From Candidatus Kapaibacterium sp. (GTDB lineage: Bacteria; Bacteroidota; Ignavibacteria; Palsa-1295), in assembly GCA_035632315.1 (NCBI GenBank), contig DASQGZ010000034.1, forward strand, positions 12,693 through 76,692: 64,000 nt of DNA, given 5' to 3'. The position numbers were made by a program, and so were the translations under genes. The notes beneath the pieces were generated by a model. It saw only the letters and a list, made by a program, of their open reading frames with translations, was not told the origin of the DNA and made no database searches. Positions 58,271-64,000 of this stretch are shown here, piece after piece. The first letter of the stretch is position 1. Every line of letters begins with the position of its first letter.

Positions 58271-61200
58271 ATGAAGCAGGCACGTTTTCTTTTTGCCCTG
58301 TGGATTCTTTCACTCTTTGCAGCGAAAGACATATCTGCACAAATAACGCGCAGTTTTACCTATCAAGGTATTTTGGTTAATGCAGCAAACCAGCCCCTGA
58401 GCGGTGAACATCGTCTGACGGTAAAGCTTTACGATTCGCCTACCGAAGGCGCTGTTGTTCATAACGAGTCGTTCGCCACGACACTCGATAAGGGCGTCTT
58501 CAATGTGACGATCGGTTCAGAAACGCCATTCGAACCTCATTTTTCGTTCGCGAAGCAATACTGGATCGGCGTCAGCGTGGACGACGGCGTCGAAATGACA
58601 CCGCGTACGCTCGTTACTACCGTCCCGTATGCTTTGTCGTCTAATGAGGCAAGTGCGCTTACGCCAAATGCGACAGGAGCCGTACGCAGTTTCAATGGCC
58701 GCACTGGTGATCTCGTACTTAAAAGTGGAAACGGTCTCGATATTGAAACCGTCGGCAACACGATCACGATCTCGACTGCACTATCAGGTTATAAAGGCGG
58801 CGGAGCGCCACAGCAATCATTTGTAAATAGTGCGGCAGGAACAGCAAATCAAATATTTGTAAATGGTGGTGTCAGCGCGCAAACAGGAGCAGTCACACTC
58901 AGTCTTCCGCAAGATATTGCTACAACCTCTTCCCCAACATTTGGCGGGATGAAGGTGACAAATTTAAACACCACAGGCATCGTACATAACACATTGACAG
59001 GTACATTGTCGACTTCGCTGATCGTCGATGGTGATGTCAGCCCAAGTGCGGGCATTTCCGATTCCAAACTTGCAACGATCTCAAGTGCAGGAAAAGTAAA
59101 TAATTCTGCTACTACCGCAACATCCTCGAATACGGCGAATAGCATTGTATCACGCGATGCATCAGGTAATTTCAGCGCGGCAACGATCACTGGGAATCTC
59201 AATGGCAATGCAACGACTGCATCGACATTCACCGGTTCGCTTTCAGGGGATGTGACAGGGACAGAATCATCAACGGCCGTTAGCACTGTCGGTGGCCAGT
59301 CTGCAGCTAATGTTGCTTCGGGTGCAGTTGCGGCTAATGCTGCAACAAATGCGAATACTGCAAGCACGATCGTCAAACGCGATGCGTCCGGTAATTTCAG
59401 CGCCGGAACGATCACGGGTAATCTTAATGGCAATGCAACGACTGCAACGGCTGCATCGACATTTACCGGCTCGCTTTCAGGGGATGTGATAGGGACAGAA
59501 TCGGCAACAGTCGTCAGCACTGTCGGTGGTCAGTCTGCAGCAAATGTTGCTTCGAGTGCAGTTGCGGCTAATGCTGCAACAAACGCGAATACTGCAAATA
59601 CGATCGTCAAACGTGATGGTTCGGGTAATTTTAATGCCGGACAGATGACCGGAAATTTAAACGGCAATGTCATCGGTAATCTTGTCGGAAACATAACAGG
59701 TAATCTTACCGGTAATGTTGTCGGTAACCTGACAGGCAATGTGACAGGTAATATAACAGGCGATGTCAGCGGCACATCTGCAAATGTAACCGGAGTCGTG
59801 ACCGAAGCGCACGGTGGAACAAACCAAAGCACATATACAGCCGGTGATATGCTCTATGCTTCGGGCGCGAATACGCTTTCGAAGCGTTCGATCGGCGCTG
59901 CAGGAAACGTGCTTTCAGTTTCGGGCGGGATCCCGGTGTGGTCAGCTCTGTCATCGCTTGGCGTGACATCGGTCGCAGGTACTGCGAATCAGGTACTCGT
60001 TAATGGCAGCACTTCCGCTCAACTTGGCAGTGTCGCATTATCCTTGCCACAGAATATTGACCTTGGCGCAACACCGCAATTTGCGAATGTGAATCTCACT
60101 GCTATTCCGAATAGCAGTACATACACTAACTTTGTCGTCTCGGCCGGAGGCGCATTGCAAACCCGCAGTTTCGCATCGCTTGCGAACGGATACTGGGCAC
60201 GCGGCGGAAATGCCGGTACAACTCCAGGGACTGACTATGTCGGTACCAGCGATAACACCGCTTTGTATTTGGGAGTCAATGGCGCAGCACGACTCGTGCT
60301 CGGAACGAACGGAAGCATGCAACATGATGCAGGCGGCAACACACGAGGCACCAATGCGATCGATCTACAACTGACAAGAACCGATGCTTCACACATTGCT
60401 TCAGGCGATTACTCAGTGCTTGCCGGTGGCCGTGACAATACAGCCAGCGGTACCGGCTCATTCGTCGGAGGCGGCGGCACCGATGGAACGACGGTTATTC
60501 CGAATATTGCTTCCGGCAACGGATCGGTCATCAGCGGCGGTCTTTGGAATACTTCGAGCGATGAAGCAACTGTTGTCGCAGGAGGTTACCACAATACGGC
60601 AAGCAATACAACAGCAACAGTCGGCGGAGGATCTGCAAATACTGCAAGCGGCGGGTTTTCGACGGTCGCCGGAGGCAGTGGCAACGCGGCAAGCAGCATC
60701 GCCGATCTTGTCAGTGGCGGTTATCAAAATAATGCGAGCGGCGGATACTCCACTGTAGGTGGAGGAACAGGAAATAGTGCAACAAAATATGCTTCGACCG
60801 TTAATGGGGGCTTCGGCAATACTGCAGGCGGGCTCTATAGCAGCATAAACGGTGGGAAGAGCAATTCTGTCAGTTCAGACTACTCGTCGATCGACGGAGG
60901 ACTCTCTAACACAGTGAGTGACCAATATAGCGGAGTCGGAAGCGGGTTTAACAATAGTGTCTCAAACACGTTCAGCTTCATCGGTGGCGGACAGAATAAT
61001 GAAGCAGGTTCGTATTCCGGTGTAGTAGGCGGCGGTTATAATAATCATTCGCTCGCTAATTATTCAGCCGTTGTTGGCGGTCAGCTCAATTATGCTGAAG
61101 CAGATTATACATTCACCGGGGGTGGCTACAACAATATCGTTGAAGCTGGCTACTCGGCCACCTCAGGCGGTTACAAGAACATCGCAGATGGCTCGTACGA

Positions 61201-61837
61201 AGTGATCGCAGGTGGATATTCGAACGCAGGCTATTCCACGGCCGGCGTCGTCTCGGGCGGAGCTTCGAACCAATCGGTCGGAGATTATTCTACGATCGAC
61301 GGCGGATCGAGCAACACGACCAACGCAAATTATTCGACGATCACCGGCGGTGCGAATAACACGACGACATCCGGCGCTGATTATTCAGTTGCATACGGCA
61401 ATTCGGCAAACACATCACAGTATGGACAACAGGCGCAGGCAGCGGGTCAGTTTTCTTCCAACGGCGATGCACAGACATCCGTCTATGTAGAGCGCGGTTC
61501 GACTAACAGTACCACTACCGTGAACTTGGCTCTTGACGGCGGCTCGACCGAACTTGTTGTACCGGGAAGCACAACGTTCGCGTTCAAGATACTTGTCGCT
61601 GCTCGTGACGACGCCGGAAACTCGGCAACGTACCTTATCGAAGGTAATGCCGCTAATAATAGCGGCACAGTGACGATCACATCGTCTGCTACAACAAGCT
61701 ACACCAACGGATTCACCACCGGTTCTGTATCAGTCAGTTCGAATAGTGCGACGATGCGTATCAAGGTTAGCGATTCCAATGGGTCGCATACGGTTCATTG
61801 GGTAGCCCGTGTGGAAACAGCAGAAGTTATGTTTTAA
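58271..61837 (+). CDS. giant secreted Gly/Asn/Thr/Ser-rich repeat protein (tail-fibre/YadA-head Hep_Hag-like repeats); putative adhesin or surface fibre
   Basis: signal peptide MKQARFLFALWILSLFAAKDISAQ; three protein repeats of about 79 aa (IVKRDASGNFSAGTITGNLNGNATTA...); GNxTGN heptads; 14-mer repeats S.V.GG..N.ASG; C-terminal Phe. Confidence 0.7.
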   Translation: MKQARFLFALWILSLFAAKDISAQITRSFTYQGILVNAANQPLSGEHRLTVKLYDSPTEGAVVHNESFATTLDKGVFNVTIGSETPFEPHFSFAKQYWIGVSVDDGVEMTPRTLVTTVPYALSSNEASALTPNATGAVRSFNGRTGDLVLKSGNGLDIETVGNTITISTALSGYKGGGAPQQSFVNSAAGTANQIFVNGGVSAQTGAVTLSLPQDIATTSSPTFGGMKVTNLNTTGIVHNTLTGTLSTSLIVDGDVSPSAGISDSKLATISSAGKVNNSATTATSSNTANSIVSRDASGNFSAATITGNLNGNATTASTFTGSLSGDVTGTESSTAVSTVGGQSAANVASGAVAANAATNANTASTIVKRDASGNFSAGTITGNLNGNATTATAASTFTGSLSGDVIGTESATVVSTVGGQSAANVASSAVAANAATNANTANTIVKRDGSGNFNAGQMTGNLNGNVIGNLVGNITGNLTGNVVGNLTGNVTGNITGDVSGTSANVTGVVTEAHGGTNQSTYTAGDMLYASGANTLSKRSIGAAGNVLSVSGGIPVWSALSSLGVTSVAGTANQVLVNGSTSAQLGSVALSLPQNIDLGATPQFANVNLTAIPNSSTYTNFVVSAGGALQTRSFASLANGYWARGGNAGTTPGTDYVGTSDNTALYLGVNGAARLVLGTNGSMQHDAGGNTRGTNAIDLQLTRTDASHIASGDYSVLAGGRDNTASGTGSFVGGGGTDGTTVIPNIASGNGSVISGGLWNTSSDEATVVAGGYHNTASNTTATVGGGSANTASGGFSTVAGGSGNAASSIADLVSGGYQNNASGGYSTVGGGTGNSATKYASTVNGGFGNTAGGLYSSINGGKSNSVSSDYSSIDGGLSNTVSDQYSGVGSGFNNSVSNTFSFIGGGQNNEAGSYSGVVGGGYNNHSLANYSAVVGGQLNYAEADYTFTGGGYNNIVEAGYSATSGGYKNIADGSYEVIAGGYSNAGYSTAGVVSGGASNQSVGDYSTIDGGSSNTTNANYSTITGGANNTTTSGADYSVAYGNSANTSQYGQQAQAAGQFSSNGDAQTSVYVERGSTNSTTTVNLALDGGSTELVVPGSTTFAFKILVAARDDAGNSATYLIEGNAANNSGTVTITSSATTSYTNGFTTGSVSVSSNSATMRIKVSDSNGSHTVHWVARVETAEVMF
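59140..59690 (+). repeat. intragenic tandem DNA repeat, unit about 237 bp, about 2.3 copies at more than 90% identity
   Basis: near-identical blocks beginning ATCGTCAAACGCGATGCGTCCGGTAATTTCAGCGCCGGAACGATCACGGG at about 59143, 59371 and 59608. Confidence 0.75.
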
Positions 61838-61920
61838 AGTCAGAAAGAGTAGAGAGAGAGTTCGATCTGACTTTTTTAAGAGAAGGCTGTGAAGCGATTT
61901 GCTTCACAGCCTTTTTCTTT
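61838..61920. terminator. two tandem hairpin terminators (the second is perfect and bidirectional)
   Basis: AAGTCAGAaag...tcgATCTGACTTtttt, then AAGGCTGTGAAGCgatttGCTTCACAGCCTTtttc. Confidence 0.7.
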
Positions 61921-61925
61921 TGATC

Positions 61926-62645
61926 TTACTTTCGGGCGGAAATAATTTTATGTAATGCAACTTCGGAAATAAACTGTTCGAAGAGCTCACCGGCAAGCGG
62001 TTCGTCAAAGCCCATTCTCTCAGGATGCCACTGCACGGCAAGAAAAAATGGTTTTGTTGTTTGATCTTCCCATTCGATGGCTTCAATGATACCATCATTT
62101 GACGAGCGAGCACTGACCTTCATTCCCGGTGCAACATTTTCGATGCCCTGATGATGAGCGCTGGTAACATTCGACTCTGTCCGTCGTGTCGCGCGTTTCA
62201 ACAATGTCCCGGCTTCGATATGAATGTTATGCCTTCTGTCACTTTGTCCACTCTTTGAATGCAGGGCGAGGTCTTCAGGTGAAAGATTTGTTATCAACGT
62301 ACCGCCATAATGCACATTAAGCATTTGAAGTCCCCGGCAAATACCAAAGATCGGAAGCCCGCGTTCGTCGGCTCTTTCTGCAATCCTAAATTCGTTCGCA
62401 TCGCGATTTTCATCGATCTCACACATATCGCGTTCGCTCTCTTTTCCGAACCGCGCGGGATCAATATCAACTCCTCCGGTAAAAAGCACCCCATCAACCA
62501 ATTCGATCGCTGACGGATCACTCGAAAGATCGATCATTTCCAGTTCATCATGCTGCTTCGAAGCCGCATGCCTGAGAGCCACAATGTAATACTGATACTT
62601 TGCAACCCCGCTCGGAGCGTAACTGAGTCCGATCGTCAAATTCAT
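61926..62645 (-). CDS. class I glutamine amidotransferase/peptidase C26 (gamma-glutamyl hydrolase, PuuD-like)
   Basis: FGICRGLQ (nucleophile Cys); VQWHPE (His-Glu). Confidence 0.75.
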   Translation of the reverse strand: MNLTIGLSYAPSGVAKYQYYIVALRHAASKQHDELEMIDLSSDPSAIELVDGVLFTGGVDIDPARFGKESERDMCEIDENRDANEFRIAERADERGLPIFGICRGLQMLNVHYGGTLITNLSPEDLALHSKSGQSDRRHNIHIEAGTLLKRATRRTESNVTSAHHQGIENVAPGMKVSARSSNDGIIEAIEWEDQTTKPFFLAVQWHPERMGFDEPLAGELFEQFISEVALHKIISARK

Positions 62646-63646
62646 TATGTATTCGCAGAAAATATACTCTCTATTGCATTATGAAGAATGTCTTCACCAC
62701 GAGAAATGACAGTCCGAGACCGTACGACAACCAACGGCACAGCGATTGTCATTTCTTGCACGAGACTCAACAATTTCAATTCGTCTTTTGTCGTAGTAAT
62801 GACAAGATCGCAGTTATCATGCGCTGCGGCTGTCTCGATCTCGGCTATCATCCTACGATCATACATAGTATGATCTCGAAACCGTAGAGGTATAACATTT
62901 CGAAAAAATGGCCGAATAGAGTTTTCGAACGATCCCGGATTTCCAATGCCGGAAACAGCGAGAACGGTCTTATTTTTAAGCTCGGGCAATTCAAAAAAAT
63001 GTTTTTGCGGCACAATTTCCTCGAACGATTCGATCTTTGTAGCAGCAAAAACAACAGGTTTATTCACCGTCTGCCAGTTGGATGAAGCCCAGTTTGTGAT
63101 CATAATAATATCAGCATCATTAGCTGCCGAGATCGTTTCGCGACCTTTACCAAATGGAATGACCGCCGGTATGTCTTCATCTTCATTAATAAGAAGTATA
63201 TTGAGATCGCGTCGAATACGCATGTGCTGAAACCCATCATCGAGAATGACAACCTCTGCGCCAAGCTCTGCCGCTTTTTGTGCGCCTCGCAAACGATCTT
63301 CATCGCATAGAACGATCGCGCGTTGAAGTTCCTGTGCATAGAGCATTGCTTCGTCGCCACTTTGGTCAAGCGTTGAATAAATGTCATTAGAATCCCGCAC
63401 AACCAGCAAGCCATTCGATTTTCGTTTGTAGCCGCGCAGTACGATCGCAACTCGCTTGTGATACTTCTGCTCGATCAACAGGGCAAGATAGATCGCCAGA
63501 GGAGTCTTCCCTGTACCGCCGGAAGACAAATTGCCGACGGATATGACCGGAATTGAAACAGCATCTGAACGAAAGAACCCCCTGCGGTACAACCGCCGCC
63601 GCACCCACATTCCCCATGCATACGGATTTACCAGATCAATCAGCAT
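62645..63646 (-). CDS. lpxK: tetraacyldisaccharide 4'-kinase
   Basis: VISVGNLSSGGTGKTP P-loop; full length 333 aa. Confidence 0.85.
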   Translation of the reverse strand: MLIDLVNPYAWGMWVRRRLYRRGFFRSDAVSIPVISVGNLSSGGTGKTPLAIYLALLIEQKYHKRVAIVLRGYKRKSNGLLVVRDSNDIYSTLDQSGDEAMLYAQELQRAIVLCDEDRLRGAQKAAELGAEVVILDDGFQHMRIRRDLNILLINEDEDIPAVIPFGKGRETISAANDADIIMITNWASSNWQTVNKPVVFAATKIESFEEIVPQKHFFELPELKNKTVLAVSGIGNPGSFENSIRPFFRNVIPLRFRDHTMYDRRMIAEIETAAAHDNCDLVITTTKDELKLLSLVQEMTIAVPLVVVRSRTVISRGEDILHNAIESIFSANT

Positions 63647-64000
63647 AATCCGTTTTTAGAGACTGAAATGGAAGAGACATTCGGTTCAAATACGCAGCCT
63701 GTTCTTGCTCCGATCGCAAATATCCGGTATAATCGATGCGATGCGGCGTGATGATGACGGAAGAGAACGGATACGGAATCTCAAATTTATCCCAACTTGA
63801 TGAAAGTATCTTTTTTCGTTTGTGTTCGATCTCGAGAAAATATAACGGCAGATCCAGTCCGTTTGCAGCAATGAATGCCCCGCGCTTAAATATTTCCGCC
63901 GGACCTTGCGGACCGTCCGGCGTAATGACAAGACGCTGTGCATCGGCTGATCGAACGAGGTCCATTGCCTCGTCAAGCGCTTCCATCCCGCCTTTACCAC
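63636..64000 (-). CDS. DUF374-family (lysophospholipid acyltransferase-like) protein, C-terminal part; truncated by window edge
   Basis: VITPDGPQGP motif typical of DUF374; ORF runs off the window end; overlaps lpxK start by 11 nt. Confidence 0.5.
   Translation of the reverse strand, partial: GKGGMEALDEAMDLVRSADAQRLVITPDGPQGPAEIFKRGAFIAANGLDLPLYFLEIEHKRKKILSSSWDKFEIPYPFSSVIITPHRIDYTGYLRSEQEQAAYLNRMSLPFQSLKTDYAD

Noticed and set aside
59140-59690. Possibility that the 237-bp tandem repeats are a CRISPR or other non-coding array
   Set aside because: The units are contiguous with no spacers, stay in frame, and translate to conserved protein repeats. No cas genes are in the window.
58537-59832. 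Minus-strand ORFs of 76-223 aa (58849..59520, 59530..59832 and others) inside the giant repeat gene
   Set aside because: They are antisense shadows of a highly repetitive GC-skewed coding region. Their translations are low-complexity (poly A/V/L/P) without start context, and they lie entirely within the strongly supported plus-strand CDS.

Overview
The window is a 64-kb chromosomal segment with about 50% GC and dense coding, and I call roughly 70 genes in it. The source looks like an FCB-group bacterium (Bacteroidota/Ignavibacteriota-like). Several secreted proteins end in T9SS C-terminal sorting domains, there are Omp85 and TonB-dependent outer-membrane proteins, and several starts are preceded by Shine-Dalgarno-like GAGG/AGGAG motifs. 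Housekeeping content includes: a tRNA with CAT anticodon; a coxB-coxA heme-copper oxidase preceded by a cupredoxin lipoprotein; an hpnC/hpnD-like squalene-synthase pair; dusB; queA; holA; rnhB; hutI; mtgA; a SEDS (RodA/FtsW) gene; ruvC; ptsN; hisS; and a DUF374-lpxK-amidotransferase operon. Accessory content is substantial. (1) A non-PUL sugar-utilisation operon (SSS symporter, GH15-like hydrolase, BNR protein, secreted hypothetical). (2) A 7.6-kb stress/xenobiotic island that starts with ArsR and a divergent AraC/GlxA regulator and carries five SRPBCC(AHSA1) paralogues, two VOC/PhnB proteins, two RibD_C reductases, DUF2277, DoxX and a GyrI-like protein. (3) A tandemly duplicated ~1.1-kb module for paralogous secreted proteins, each followed by a conserved 3'UTR stem-loop with pairing-preserving substitutions and a terminator. 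(4) A KimA-like K+ transporter with a downstream porin-like protein. (5) A histone-H1-like pair (lysine-rich-tail protein plus Hc1-like protein). (6) An ~1190-aa Gly/Asn/Thr-rich repeat protein (YadA-head/tail-fibre-like) that contains 237-bp intragenic tandem repeats and sits behind a 770-bp AT-rich leader. I saw no CRISPR array, transposase, integrase or recognisable defence system. The most unusual signals are items (3) and (6), the cupredoxin lipoprotein in the oxidase operon, and a 462-aa ferritin-like diiron protein.
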